Below, one piece after another: positions 1-13,900 of a DNA stretch of 64,000 bases. The notes under the pieces were generated by a model. The model was given only the letters and a program-made list of their open reading frames with translations, made no database searches and was not told the origin of the DNA. The stretch is from Phaeosaccion multiseriatum (lineage: Eukaryota > Protista > Ochrophyta, other classes), in the NCBI GenBank assembly GCA_965112735.1, contig OZ218952.1:62001-126000 (forward strand), in the 5' to 3' direction. Every line of letters begins with the position of its first letter. Position 1 is the stretch's first letter. The translations under genes were made by a program, and so were the position numbers.

Positions 1-3000
1 TTGAGCCCATCCAAGGCCCCACTTGGCGCTGTTGGGGCAATGCAGTATCTCAGTTGGGCCTGTTGTGCTGAGCCAATGCCCGGCGTGAGCATGTTGTGGC
101 CAGCAAACGCGTCGTTCGGGCTGTGTGCGCCCCACAAATGCCGGCTTTAGGCTTTTTTGATCCCAGCACAGAGCCAGATTGGGCCATTTGAGCCCATCCA
201 AGGCCCCACTTGGCGCTGTTGGGGCAATGCAGTATCTCAGTTGGGCCTGTTGTGCTGAGCCAATGCCCGGCGTGAGCATGTTGTGGCCAGCTAACGCGTC
301 GTTCGGGCTGTGTGCGCCCCACAAATGCCGGCTTTAGGCTTTTTTGATCCCAGCACAGAGCCAGATTGGGCCATTTGAGCCCATCCAAGGCCCCACTTGG
401 CGCTGTTGGGGCAATGCAGTATCTCAGTTGGGCCTGTTGTGCTGAGCCAATGCCCGGCGTGAGCATGTTGTGGCCAGCTAACGCGTCGTTCGGGCTGTGT
501 GCGCCCCACAAATGCCGGCTTTAGGCTTTTTTGATCCCAGCACAGAGCCAGATTGGGCCATTTGAGCCCATCCAAGGCCCCACTTGGCGCTGTTGGGGCA
601 ATGCAGTATCTCAGTTGGGCCTGTTGTGCTGAGCCAATGCCCGGCGTGAGCATGTTGTGGCCAGCTAACGCGTCGTTCGGGCTGTGTGCGCCCCACAAAT
701 GCCGGCTTTAGGCTTTTTTTATCCCAGCACAGAGCCAGATTGGGCCATTTGAGCCCATCCAAGGCCCCACTTGGCGCTGTTGGGGCAATGCAGTATCTCA
801 GTTGGGCCTGTTGTGCTGAGCCAATGCCCGGCGTGAGCATGTTGTGGCCAGCAAACGCGTCGTTCGGGCTGTGTGCGCCCCACAAATGCCGGCTTTAGGC
901 TTTTTTGATCCCAGCACAGAGCCAGATTGGGCCATTTGAGCCCATCCAAGGCCCCACTTGGCGCTGTTGGGGCAATGCAGTATCTCAGTTGGGCCTGTTG
1001 TGCTGAGCCAATGCCCGGCGTGAGCATGTTGTGGCCAGCAAACGCGTCGTTCGGGCTGTGTGCGCCCCACAAATGCCGGCTTTAGGCTTTTTTGATCCCA
1101 GCACAGAGCCAGATTGGGCCATTTGAGCCCATCCAAGGCCCCACTTGGCGCTGTTGGGGCAATGCAGTATCTCAGTTGGGCCTGTTGTGCTGAGCCAATG
1201 CCCGGCGTGACCATGTTGTGGCCAGCTAACGCGTCGTTCGGGCTGTGTGCGCCCCACAAATGCCGGCTTTAGGCTTTTTTTATCCCAGCACAGAGCCAGA
1301 TTGGGCCATTTGAGCCCATCCAAGGCCCCACTTGGCGCTGTTGGGGCAATGCAGTATCTCAGTTGGGCCTGTTGTGCTGAGCCAATGCCCGGCGTGAGCA
1401 TGTTGTGGCCAGCTAACGCGTCGTTCGGGCTGTGTGCGCCCCACAAATGCCGGCTTTAGGCTTTTTTGATCCCAGCACAGAGCCAGATTGGGCCATTTGA
1501 GCCCATCCAAGGCCCCACTTGGCGCTGTTGGGGCAATGCAGTATCTCAGTTGGGCCTGTTGTGCTGAGCCAATGCCCGGCGTGAGCATGTTGTGGCCAGC
1601 TAACGCGTCGTTCGGGCTGTGTGCGCCCCACAAATGCCGGCTTTAGGCTTTTTTGATCCCAGCACAGAGCCAGATTGGGCCATTTGAGCCCATCCAAGGC
1701 CCCACTTGGCGCTGTTGGGGCAATGCAGTATCTCAGTTGGGCCTGTTGTGCTGAGCCAATGCCCGGCGTGAGCATGTTGTGGCCAGCTAACGCGTCGTTC
1801 GGGCTGTGTGCGCCCCACAAATGCCGGCTTTAGGCTTTTTTGATCCCAGCACAGAGCCAGATTGGGCCATTTGAGCCCATCCAAGGCCCCACTTGGCGCT
1901 GTTGGGGCAATGCAGTATCTCAGTTGGGCCTGTTGTGCTGAGCCAATGCCCGGCGTGAGCATGTTGTGGCCAGCAAACGCGTCGTTCGGGCTGTGTGCGC
2001 CCCACAAATGCCGGCTTTAGGCTTTTTTGATCCCAGCACAGAGCCAGATTGGGCCATTTGAGCCCATCCAAGGCCCCACTTGGCGCTGTTGGGGCAATGC
2101 AGTATCTCAGTTGGGCCTGTTGTGCTGAGCCAATGCCCGGCGTGAGCATGTTGTGGCCAGCAAACGCGTCGTTCGGGCTGTGTGCGCCCCACAAATGCCG
2201 GCTTTAGGCTTTTTTGATCCCAGCACAGAGCCAGATTGGGCCATTTGAGCCCATCCAAGGCCCCACTTGGCGCTGTTGGGGCAATGCAGTATCTCAGTTG
2301 GGCCTGTTGTGCTGAGCCAATGCCCGGCGTGAGCATGTTGTGGCCAGCAAACGCGTCGTTCGGGCTGTGTGCGCCCCACAAATGCCGGCTTTAGGCTTTT
2401 TTGATCCCAGCACAGAGCCAGATTGGGCCATTTGAGCCCATCCAAGGCCCCACTTGGCGCTGTTGGGGCAATGCAGTATCTCAGTTGGGCCTGTTGTGCT
2501 GAGCCAATGCCCGGCGTGAGCATGTTGTGGCCAGCAAACGCGTCGTTCGGGCTGTGTGCGCCCCACAAATGCCGGCTTTAGGCTTTTTTGATCCCAGCAC
2601 AGAGCCAGATTGGGCCATTTGAGCCCATCCAAGGCCCCACTTGGCGCTGTTGGGGCAATGCAGTATCTCAGTTGGGCCTGTTGTGCTGAGCCAATGCCCG
2701 GCGTGAGCATGTTGTGGCCAGCAAACGCGTCGTTCGGGCTGTGTGCGCCCCACAAATGCCGGCTTTAGGCTTTTTTGATCCCAGCACAGAGCCAGATTGG
2801 GCCATTTGAGCCCATCCAAGGCCCCACTTGGCGCTGTTGGGGCAATGCAGTATCTCAGTTGGGCCTGTTGTGCTGAGCCAATGCCCGGCGTGAGCATGTT
2901 GTGGCCAGCAAACGCGTCGTTCGGGCTGTGTGCGCCCCACAAATGCCGGCTTTAGGCTTTTTTGATCCCAGCACAGAGCCAGATTGGGCCATTTGAGCCC

Positions 3001-6000
3001 ATCCAAGGCCCCACTTGGCGCTGTTGGGGCAATGCAGTATCTCAGTTGGGCCTGTTGTGCTGAGCCAATGCCCGGCGTGAGCATGTTGTGGCCAGCTAAC
3101 GCGTCGTTCGGGCTGTGTGCGCCCCACAAATGCCGGCTTTAGGCTTTTTTGATCCCAGCACAGAGCCAGATTGGGCCATTTGAGCCCATCCAAGGCCCCA
3201 CTTGGCGCTGTTGGGGCAATGCAGTATCTCAGTTGGGCCTGTTGTGCTGAGCCAATGCCCGGCGTGAGCATGTTGTGGCCAGCAAACGCGTCGTTCGGGC
3301 TGTGTGCGCCCCACAAATGCCGGCTTTAGGCTTTTTTGATCCCAGCACAGAGCCAGATTGGGCCATTTGAGCCCATCCAAGGCCCCACTTGGCGCTGTTG
3401 GGGCAATGCAGTATCTCAGTTGGGCCTGTTGTGCTGAGCCAATGCCCGGCGTGAGCATGTTGTGGCCAGCAAACGCGTCGTTCGGGCTGTGTGCGCCCCA
3501 CAAATGCCGGCTTTAGGCTTTTTTGATCCCAGCACAGAGCCAGATTGGGCCATTTGAGCCCATCCAAGGCCCCACTTGGCGCTGTTGGGGCAATGCAGTA
3601 TCTCAGTTGGGCCTGTTGTGCTGAGCCAATGCCCGGCGTGAGCATGTTGTGGCCAGCAAACGCGTCGTTCGGGCTGTGTGCGCCCCACAAATGCCGGCTT
3701 TAGGCTTTTTTGATCCCAGCACAGAGCCAGATTGGGCCATTTGAGCCCATCCAAGGCCCCACTTGGCGCTGTTGGGGCAATGCAGTATCTCAGTTGGGCC
3801 TGTTGTGCTGAGCCAATGCCCGGCGTGAGCATGTTGTGGCCAGCAAACGCGTCGTTCGGGCTGTGTGCGCCCCACAAATGCCGGCTTTAGGCTTTTTGAT
3901 CCCAGCACAGAGCCAGATTGGGCCATTTGAGCCCATCCAAGGCCCCACTTGGCGCTGTTGGGGCAATGCAGTATCTCAGTTGGGCCTGTTGTGCTGAGCC
4001 AATGCCCGGCGTGAGCATGTTGTGGCCAGCTAACGCGTCGTTCGGGCTGTGTGCGCCCCACAAATGCCGGCTTTAGGCTTTTTTTATCCCAGCACAGAGC
4101 CAGATTGGGCCATTTGAGCCCATCCAAGGCCCCACTTGGCGCTGTTGGGGCAATGCAGTATCTCAGTTGGGCCTGTTGTGCTGAGCCAATGCCCGGCGTG
4201 AGCATGTTGTGGCCAGCTAACGCGTCGTTCGGGCTGTGTGCGCCCCACAAATGCCGGCTTTAGGCTTTTTTGATCCCAGCACAGAGCCAGATTGGGCCAT
4301 TTGAGCCCATCCAAGGCCCCACTTGGCGCTGTTGGGGCAATGCAGTATCTCAGTTGGGCCTGTTGTGCTGAGCCAATGCCCGGCGTGAGCATGTTGTGGC
4401 CAGCTAACGCGTCGTTCGGGCTGTGTGCGCCCCACAAATGCCGGCTTTAGGCTTTTTTGATCCCAGCACAGAGCCAGATTGGGCCATTTGAGCCCATCCA
4501 AGGCCCCACTTGGCGCTGTTGGGGCAATGCAGTATCTCAGTTGGGCCTGTTGTGCTGAGCCAATGCCCGGCGTGAGCATGTTGTGGCCAGCTAACGCGTC
4601 GTTCGGGCTGTGTGCGCCCCACAAATGCCGGCTTTAGGCTTTTTTGATCCCAGCACAGAGCCAGATTGGGCCATTTGAGCCCATCCAAGGCCCCACTTGG
4701 CGCTGTTGGGGCAATGCAGTATCTCAGTTGGGCCTGTTGTGCTGAGCCAATGCCCGGCGTGAGCATGTTGTGGCCAGCTAACGCGTCGTTCGGGCTGTGT
4801 GCGCCCCACAAATGCCGGCTTTAGGCTTTTTTGATCCCAGCACAGAGCCAGATTGGGCCATTTGAGCCCATCCAAGGCCCCACTTGGCGCTGTTGGGGCA
4901 ATGCAGTATCTCAGTTGGGCCTGTTGTGCTGAGCCAATGCCCGGCGTGAGCATGTTGTGGCCAGCAAACGCGTCGTTCGGGCTGTGTGCGCCCCACAAAT
5001 GCCGGCTTTAGGCTTTTTTGATCCCAGCACAGAGCCAGATTGGGCCATTTGAGCCCATCCAAGGCCCCACTTGGCGCTGTTGGGGCAATGCAGTATCTCA
5101 GTTGGGCCTGTTGTGCTGAGCCAATGCCCGGCGTGAGCATGTTGTGGCCAGCAAACGCGTCGTTCGGGCTGTGTGCGCCCCACAAATGCCGGCTTTAGGC
5201 TTTTTTGATCCCAGCACAGAGCCAGATTGGGCCATTTGAGCCCATCCAAGGCCCCACTTGGCGCTGTTGGGGCAATGCAGTATCTCAGTTGGGCCTGTTG
5301 TGCTGAGCCAATGCCCGGCGTGACCATGTTGTGGCCAGCTAACGCGTCGTTCGGGCTGTGTGCGCCCCACAAATGCCGGCTTTAGGCTTTTTTGATCCCA
5401 GCACAGAGCCAGATTGGGCCATTTGAGCCCATCCAAGGCCCCACTTGGCGCTGTTGGGGCAATGCAGTATCTCAGTTGGGCCTGTTGTGCTGAGCCAATG
5501 CCCGGCGTGAGCATGTTGTGGCCAGCAAACGCGTCGTTCGGGCTGTGTGCGCCCCACAAATGCCGGCTTTAGGCTTTTTTGATCCCAGCACAGAGCCAGA
5601 TTGGGCCATTTGAGCCCATCCAAGGCCCCACTTGGCGCTGTTGGGGCAATGCAGTATCTCAGTTGGGCCTGTTGTGCTGAGCCAATGCCCGGCGTGAGCA
5701 TGTTGTGGCCAGCAAACGCGTCGTTCGGGCTGTGTGCGCCCCACAAATGCCGGCTTTAGGCTTTTTTGATCCCAGCACAGAGCCAGATTGGGCCATTTGA
5801 GCCCATCCAAGGCCCCACTTGGCGCTGTTGGGGCAATGCAGTATCTCAGTTGGGCCTGTTGTGCTGAGCCAATGCCCGGCGTGACCATGTTGTGGCCAGC
5901 AAACGCGTCGTTCGGGCTGTGTGCGCCCCACAAATGCCGGCTTTAGGCTTTTTTGATCCCAGCACAGAGCCAGATTGGGCCATTTGAGCCCATCCAAGGC

Positions 6001-9000
6001 CCCACTTGGCGCTGTTGGGGCAATGCAGTATCTCAGTTGGGCCTGTTGTGCTGAGCCAATGCCCGGCGTGAGCATGTTGTGGCCAGCTAACGCGTCGTTC
6101 GGGCTGTGTGCGCCCCACAAATGCCGGCTTTAGGCTTTTTTGATCCCAGCACAGAGCCAGATTGGGCCATTTGAGCACATCCAAGGCCCCACTTGGCGCT
6201 GTTGGGGCAATGCAGTATCTCAGTTGGGCCTGTTGTGCTGAGCCAATGCCCGGCGTGAGCATGTTGTGGCCAGCAAACGCGTCGTTCGGGCTGTGTGCGC
6301 CCCACAAATGCCGGCTTTAGGCTTTTTTGATCCCAGCACAGAGCCAGATTGGGCCATTTGAGCCCATCCAAGGCCCCACTTGGCGCTGTTGGGGCAATGC
6401 AGTATCTCAGTTGGGCCTGTTGTGCTGAGCCAATGCCCGGCGTGACCATGTTGTGGCCAGCTAACGCGTCGTTCGGGCTGTGTGCGCCCCACAAATGCCG
6501 GCTTTAGGCTTTTTTGATCCCAGCACAGAGCCAGATTGGGCCATTTGAGCCCATCCAAGGCCCCACTTGGCGCTGTTGGGGCAATGCAGTATCTCAGTTG
6601 GGCCTGTTGTGCTGAGCCAATGCCCGGCGTGAGCATGTTGTGGCCAGCTAACGCGTCGTTCGGGCTGTGTGCGCCCCACAAATGCCGGCTTTAGGCTTTT
6701 TTGATCCCAGCACAGAGCCAGATTGGGCCATTTGAGCCCATCCAAGGCCCCACTTGGCGCTGTTGGGGCAATGCAGTATCTCAGTTGGGCCTGTTGTGCT
6801 GAGCCAATGCCCGGCGTGAGCATGTTGTGGCCAGCTAACGCGTCGTTCGGGCTGTGTGCGCCCCACAAATGCCGGCTTTAGGCTTTTTTGATCCCAGCAC
6901 AGAGCCAGATTGGGCCATTTGAGCCCATCCAAGGCCCCACTTGGCGCTGTTGGGGCAATGCAGTATCTCAGTTGGGCCTGTTGTGCTGAGCCAATGCCCG
7001 GCGTGAGCATGTTGTGGCCAGCTAACGCGTCGTTCGGGCTGTGTGCGCCCCACAAATGCCGGCTTTAGGCTTTTTTGATCCCAGCACAGAGCCAGATTGG
7101 GCCATTTGAGCCCATCCAAGGCCCCACTTGGCGCTGTTGGGGCAATGCAGTATCTCAGTTGGGCCTGTTGTGCTGAGCCAATGCCCGGCGTGAGCATGTT
7201 GTGGCCAGCAAACGCGTCGTTCGGGCTGTGTGCGCCCCACAAATGCCGGCTTTAGGCTTTTTTGATCCCAGCACAGAGCCAGATTGGGCCATTTGAGCCC
7301 ATCCAAGGCCCCACTTGGCGCTGTTGGGGCAATGCAGTATCTCAGTTGGGCCTGTTGTGCTGAGCCAATGCCCGGCGTGAGCATGTTGTGGCCAGCTAAC
7401 GCGTCGTTCGGGCTGTGTGCGCCCCACAAATGCCGGCTTTAGGCTTTTTTGATCCCAGCACAGAGCCAGATTGGGCCATTTGAGCCCATCCAAGGCCCCA
7501 CTTGGCGCTGTTGGGGCAATGCAGTATCTCAGTTGGGCCTGTTGTGCTGAGCCAATGCCCGGCGTGAGCATGTTGTGGCCAGCTAACGCGTCGTTCGGGC
7601 TGTGTGCGCCCCACAAATGCCGGCTTTAGGCTTTTTTGATCCCAGCACAGAGCCAGATTGGGCCATTTGAGCCCATCCAAGGCCCCACTTGGCGCTGTTG
7701 GGGCAATGCAGTATCTCAGTTGGGCCTGTTGTGCTGAGCCAATGCCCGGCGTGAGCATGTTGTGGCCAGCTAACGCGTCGTTCGGGCTGTGTGCGCCCCA
7801 CAAATGCCGGCTTTAGGCTTTTTTGATCCCAGCACAGAGCCAGATTGGGCCATTTGAGCCCATCCAAGGCCCCACTTGGCGCTGTTGGGGCAATGCAGTA
7901 TCTCAGTTGGGCCTGTTGTGCTGAGCCAATGCCCGGCGTGAGCATGTTGTGGCCAGCTAACGCGTCGTTCGGGCTGTGTGCGCCCCACAAATGCCGGCTT
8001 TAGGCTTTTTTGATCCCAGCACAGAGCCAGATTGGGCCATTTGAGCCCATCCAAGGCCCCACTTGGCGCTGTTGGGGCAATGCAGTATCTCAGTTGGGCC
8101 TGTTGTGCTGAGCCAATGCCCGGCGTGAGCATGTTGTGGCCAGCAAACGCGTCGTTCGGGCTGTGTGCGCCCCACAAATGCCGGCTTTAGGCTTTTTTGA
8201 TCCCAGCACAGAGCCAGATTGGGCCATTTGAGCCCATCCAAGGCCCCACTTGGCGCTGTTGGGGCAATGCAGTATCTCAGTTGGGCCTGTTGTGCTGAGC
8301 CAATGCCCGGCGTGAGCATGTTGTGGCCAGCAAACGCGTCGTTCGGGCTGTGTGCGCCCCACAAATGCCGGCTTTAGGCTTTTTTGATCCCAGCACAGAG
8401 CCAGATTGGGCCATTTGAGCCCATCCAAGGCCCCACTTGGCGCTGTTGGGGCAATGCAGTATCTCAGTTGGGCCTGTTGTGCTGAGCCAATGCCCGGCGT
8501 GAGCATGTTGTGGCCAGCAAACGCGTCGTTCGGGCTGTGTGCGCCCCACAAATGCCGGCTTTAGGCTTTTTTGATCCCAGCACAGAGCCAGATTGGGCCA
8601 TTTGAGCCCATCCAAGGCCCCACTTGGCGCTGTTGGGGCAATGCAGTATCTCAGTTGGGCCTGTTGTGCTGAGCCAATGCCCGGCGTGAGCATGTTGTGG
8701 CCAGCTAACGCGTCGTTCGGGCTGTGTGCGCCCCACAAATGCCGGCTTTAGGCTTTTTTGATCCCAGCACAGAGCCAGATTGGGCCATTTGAGCCCATCC
8801 AAGGCCCCACTTGGCGCTGTTGGGGCAATGCAGTATCTCAGTTGGGCCTGTTGTGCTGAGCCAATGCCCGGCGTGAGCATGTTGTGGCCAGCAAACGCGT
8901 CGTTCGGGCTGTGTGCGCCCCACAAATGCCGGCTTTAGGCTTTTTTGATCCCAGCACAGAGCCAGATTGGGCCATTTGAGCCCATCCAAGGCCCCACTTG

Positions 9001-10143
9001 GCGCTGTTGGGGCAATGCAGTATCTCAGTTGGGCCTGTTGTGCTGAGCCAATGCCCGGCGTGAGCATGTTGTGGCCAGCAAACGCGTCGTTCGGGCTGTG
9101 TGCGCCCCACAAATGCCGGCTTTAGGCTTTTTTGATCCCAGCACAGAGCCAGATTGGGCCATTTGAGCCCATCCAAGGCCCCACTTGGCGCTGTTGGGGC
9201 AATGCAGTATCTCAGTTGGGCCTGTTGTGCTGAGCCAATGCCCGGCGTGACCATGTTGTGGCCAGCTAACGCGTCGTTCGGGCTGTGTGCGCCCCACAAA
9301 TGCCGGCTTTAGGCTTTTTTGATCCCAGCACAGAGCCAGATTGGGCCATTTGAGCCCATCCAAGGCCCCACTTGGCGCTGTTGGGGCAATGCAGTATCTC
9401 AGTTGGGCCTGTTGTGCTGAGCCAATGCCCGGCGTGAGCATGTTGTGGCCAGCTAACGCGTCGTTCGGGCTGTGTGCGCCCCACAAATGCCGGCTTTAGG
9501 CTTTTTTGATCCCAGCACAGAGCCAGATTGGGCCATTTGAGCCCATCCAAGGCCCCACTTGGCGCTGTTGGGGCAATGCAGTATCTCAGTTGGGCCTGTT
9601 GTGCTGAGCCAATGCCCGGCGTGAGCATGTTGTGGCCAGCTAACGCGTCGTTCGGGCTGTGTGCGCCCCACAAATGCCGGCTTTAGGCTTTTTTGATCCC
9701 AGCACAGAGCCAGATTGGGCCATTTGAGCCCATCCAAGGCCCCACTTGGCGCTGTTGGGGCAATGCAGTATCTCAGTTGGGCCTGTTGTGCTGAGCCAAT
9801 GCCCGGCGTGAGCATGTTGTGGCCAGCTAACGCGTCGTTCGGGCTGTGTGCGCCCCACAAATGCCGGCTTTAGGCTTTTTTGATCCCAGCACAGAGCCAG
9901 ATTGGGCCATTTGAGCCCATCCAAGGCCCCACTTGGCGCTGTTGGGGCAATGCAGTATCTCAGTTGGGCCTGTTGTGCTGAGCCAATGCCCGGCGTGAGC
10001 ATGTTGTGGCCAGCAAACGCGTCGTTCGGGCTGTGTGCGCCCCACAAATGCCGGCTTTAGGCTTTTTTGATCCCAGCACAGAGCCAGATTGGGCCATTTG
10101 AGCCCATCCAAGGCCCCACTTGGCGCTGTTGGGGCAATGCAGT
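1..10143. repeat. 187-bp tandem satellite, about 54 monomers, continuing beyond the left window edge; candidate centromeric/pericentromeric satellite
   Basis: The unit ttgagcccatccaaggcccc...gagccagattgggccat recurs every 187 bp, and ORF-track starts step by 187. Only a few variable sites: gccagc[A/T]aacg, tga[G/C]catg, tttttt[G/T]atc, and one 1-bp deletion near 3895. The centromeric role is inference. Confidence 0.98.
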
Positions 10144-10939
10144 TTCTCGCGGTCGTTGCGCTCAATCAAAACTGGGTACCCATTGAGAGGCCTCGCTCCT
10201 CCTCATCCAGTCGTCGCCAATGTTGGGGGATAAACTTTTCATTAAGAGTGCAGTCCTGAGAAGGACTCACCTCGGGGCACACAGTGTCTCCGGGGTGTCG
10301 CTTCCCTGACGGGGGCGAGCACGGGCCTTTGGGGGCAGCGGTTCCGAGGAGCCGCTCATCCCCCCCTTAACTACTGAGTATCTAACTACTAAGGACTAAA
10401 CTAATCTAGATGGGTGGGTGGGTGGAAAAGAAAAAACCTTTGGCTAGACGAGAGCACCATCTTGCTAGCGGGTCAGGCCAAGGTTCTCAAACTTCTACTA
10501 GATGCGTGTGCGTAGCGCAAGCCCTTGCGACAGTTAGCATTGGGGGCACCTCTTGTGTTTGCAACTGTTAGCATGACACAAGTAAGCACACAGCATCTTC
10601 ACCCTCACAAGAGAAGCAGTCGGGCCCTACTGCGATCCTTGCTTTCCTACACCATCGGTCTCTACTCTCCTCCCTGCTTGTACACGCTCCCGCACCTGCT
10701 CTCTATCTCCTTCAATCACGGTAGGGTGGCGAGTACAGCAGGGCTCCTCCTCTTCTGAGCTCCAGCGGAAAATCCAAATCCGTTGTTTTCCATCTGCTGC
10801 CATAAATATATTCTATCCTACCAGTCGGGGTCCACACACGCGCTCACGCTCCACCTCCCCTCGGCTCTCAATACCCTGTTTCTCCGTCGACTCCACTCCG
10901 CGAGAACGGAACTTCCGTGGCTTCGCTGCTGAAGCAGCG

Positions 10940-13900
10940 TTCTCGCGGTCGTTGCGCTCAATCAAAACTGGGTACCCATTGAGAGGCCTCGCTCCTCCTC
11001 ATCCAGTCGTCGCCAATGTTGGGGGATAAACTTTTCATTAAGAGTGCAGTCCTGAGAAGGACTCACCTCGGGGCACACAGTGTCTCCGGGGTGTCGCTTC
11101 CCTGACGGGGGCGAGCACGGGCCTTTGGGGGCAGCGGTTCCGAGGAGCCGCTCATCCCCCATTCACCCAAAGTCCCCAGGGCGCAGCCGCGTCTGCATAT
11201 GTATCCTACCGCGCCCTGCCCAGCCCATCATGTATAGCCTCCTGCACGCGTACTGAAATGCCGTGACCCAGGCCCACCTAAGACTGGAGGAGCCGCCAGT
11301 CACCGCCGCTTGCGACCGATGTTGAAGCCTCATCGATCCGCCGTGAGTGGGAGGAGATGCGTGCTATGTCGCTACCAATCTGCTGTGCTCCCACCTGCAG
11401 AGCCATCAGTGAAAGTGAGGGAGACGCGGCACAGCTCTACTCCCTCCTCCATCACCGGGAGCCCCCGCGGAGTCCTCCGAATACGATAGTCGGCGCTCTC
11501 TTCATCACCTCCTCCAATGACGGACCAAGACGGAGGGATCTTTCACCCCCCAATCTAAAAGACTCGCCATCGCCGCAGGTCAAAGGTCGCTCAAATGGCC
11601 AATTGATCGGAATTGAAATTCATTTCGGAATCACAGATCCAAAAGACCCATAGAACCAACCCCGGTAGAAAAACCGAAAACGCCCCAACAGGGGCACTTA
11701 TGTTTTCCGCCCCAAGCTCCTAGAACATCGACTCGTAGACGCGGCCCTGCTGCATACACCGTGCCGAGACCCCTCCACTGCTATCCCAACCGTCCGCTGC
11801 GGACTTCCGCTTGACCCGGTCGACAAAACACCGAGGGCAAAACACCTCGCTGCTGTCGTCCCGCAAAACGAACAAGCCCAAGATCTCAAGCCCTGCTGCC
11901 CCAAAGAATCGACCACCGGGCACTCTGGCACGAGGATATGCCATCCCTACTACCCCAAGTAAGTCGCGCAAGCATAGCAAAACCTAGTGCCTTCTCTCGC
12001 CCATTTTCTTCGTTCGCACCGCTCAAGGGCCCCACACACCCAAAAACCCCTCATCTGACCATCTGCGGCACAGGCGGGCCCAGACACTTACTCCACAGCT
12101 GTTGTGTACGACCAAACGCCACTCCGCCGCCGCCCATTGCAGATAAGTCGCGACATGGTCGATGCCCCACTCTCTGCCGCAACCCCCCAGCGTAGTGCTC
12201 TTTCCCCACACTTAACACGTAGATGCGCACCCTAGATGTTGCTGTGTCGTCCGAGATGAAAGCGCTGTGTACTCGCAATGCTGTCTGCCAACGACCCATG
12301 CCTTCCTTGCTCGCTGCGCCCCTCCTGTTGTACGGGGCTTCTCTGTTGTGGCCACAGGTGGAACAGCCGCTTCACACGCCACCTCGAGGCGCCAAGCACC
12401 ATCAAAGCAGAGCTCACCGGTTCCTTGTCATAGCCCGAACACCTGCCCCGTATCCATGCGGCCGGCGCTGCCACACTCACGAACTCCTTCGCCGTGGCTC
12501 CTGAGGCTCTTGCTGCTTGGCTGAGAGCCCCTTTTCACTCACTTCTGCTGCCGCCCTTCTCCCACACGCAAAACGTCTCCAAAGGCGAGGAAGAGGAAAA
12601 CAAGGCCACCTCCCAGCTATCCTTTCGCCACCATGGCACTCACTCCCATACTACACACCAACTGTCCGTGCGCCCGTGCCCTCCGGCTGCAGCGACACCA
12701 CTGCGCGCTGCTGCTGCCCACACAATACCTCCCCTGAAAGCCCCCCCTGAGTCCACCTGCCCTGTTGCATCTCCGTCGGATACGATCGTCGATACGTGGG
12801 GCTCTCAGCTGCGGCATCTCCGTCCAATACGATACGCGGGGCTCTCATCACCATCAGGACCAGCCAAGGCGGGAGGATCTTTCACCCCCCAACCTAAAAG
12901 AGACGCCACCGCCGCAGCGACGCCACAACCAGGCGGGCTGGGGAAGGGAGGAGACGGAGAGGCTGGGGTGGACGGACCCCGCGAAACGAATGGAGAGGAA
13001 AGGGCGACGAGCTAACGTGGAAGCCCCGTCACCGGCGAGAGAAGAAAGAAAAAAAACCTTTGGCTAGACGAGAGCACCATCTTGCTAGCGGGTCAGGCCA
13101 AGGTTCTCAAACTTCTACTAGATGCGTGTGCGTAGCGCAAGCCCTTGCGACAGTTAGCATTGGGGGCACCTCTTGTGTTTGCAACTGTTAGCATGACACA
13201 AGTAAGCACACAGCATCTTCACCCTCACAAGAGAAGCAGTCGGGCCCTACTGCGATCCTTGCTTTCCTACACCATCGGTCTCTACTCTCCTCCCTGCTTG
13301 TACACGCTCCCGCACCTGCTCTCTATCTCCTTCAATCACGGTAGGGTGGCGAGTACAGCAGGGCTCCTCCTCTTCTGAGCTCCAGCGGAAAATCCAAATC
13401 CGTTGTTTTCCATCTGCTGCCATAAATATATTCTATCCTACCAGTCGGGGTCCACACACGCGCTCACGCTCCACCTCCCCTCGGCTCTCAATACCCTGTT
13501 TCTCCGTCGACTCCACTCCGCGAGAACGGAACTTCCGTGGCTTCGCTGCTGAAGCAGCGTTCTCGCGGTCGTTGCGCTCAATCAAAACTGGGTACCCATT
13601 GAGAGGCCTCGCTCCTCCTCATCCAGTCGTCGCCAATGTTGGGGGATAAACTTTTCATTAAGAGTGCAGTCCTGAGAAGGACTCACCTCGGGGCACACAG
13701 TGTCTCCGGGGTGTCGCTTCCCTGACGGGGGCGAGCACGGGCCTTTGGGGGCAGCGGTTCCGAGGAGCCGCTCATCCCCCATTCACCCAAAGTCCCCAGG
13801 GCGCAGCCGCGTCTGCATATGTATCCTACCGCGCCCTGCCCAGCCCATCATGTATAGCCTCCTGCACGCGTACTGAAATGCCGTGACCCAGGCCCACCTA

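Noticed and set aside
1-10143. CRISPR array
   Set aside because: There are no unique spacers and no cas genes, and the context is eukaryotic.
50-10169. Dozens of 117-215 aa ORFs in the satellite
   Set aside because: They are artefacts of a 187-bp (non-multiple-of-3) GC-rich repeat; their lengths depend only on the A/T variant creating a stop.
10898-10948. Hammerhead ribozyme at the B|A junction
   Set aside because: A three-way fold is possible, but the CUGAnGA and GAAA core motifs are absent on both strands.
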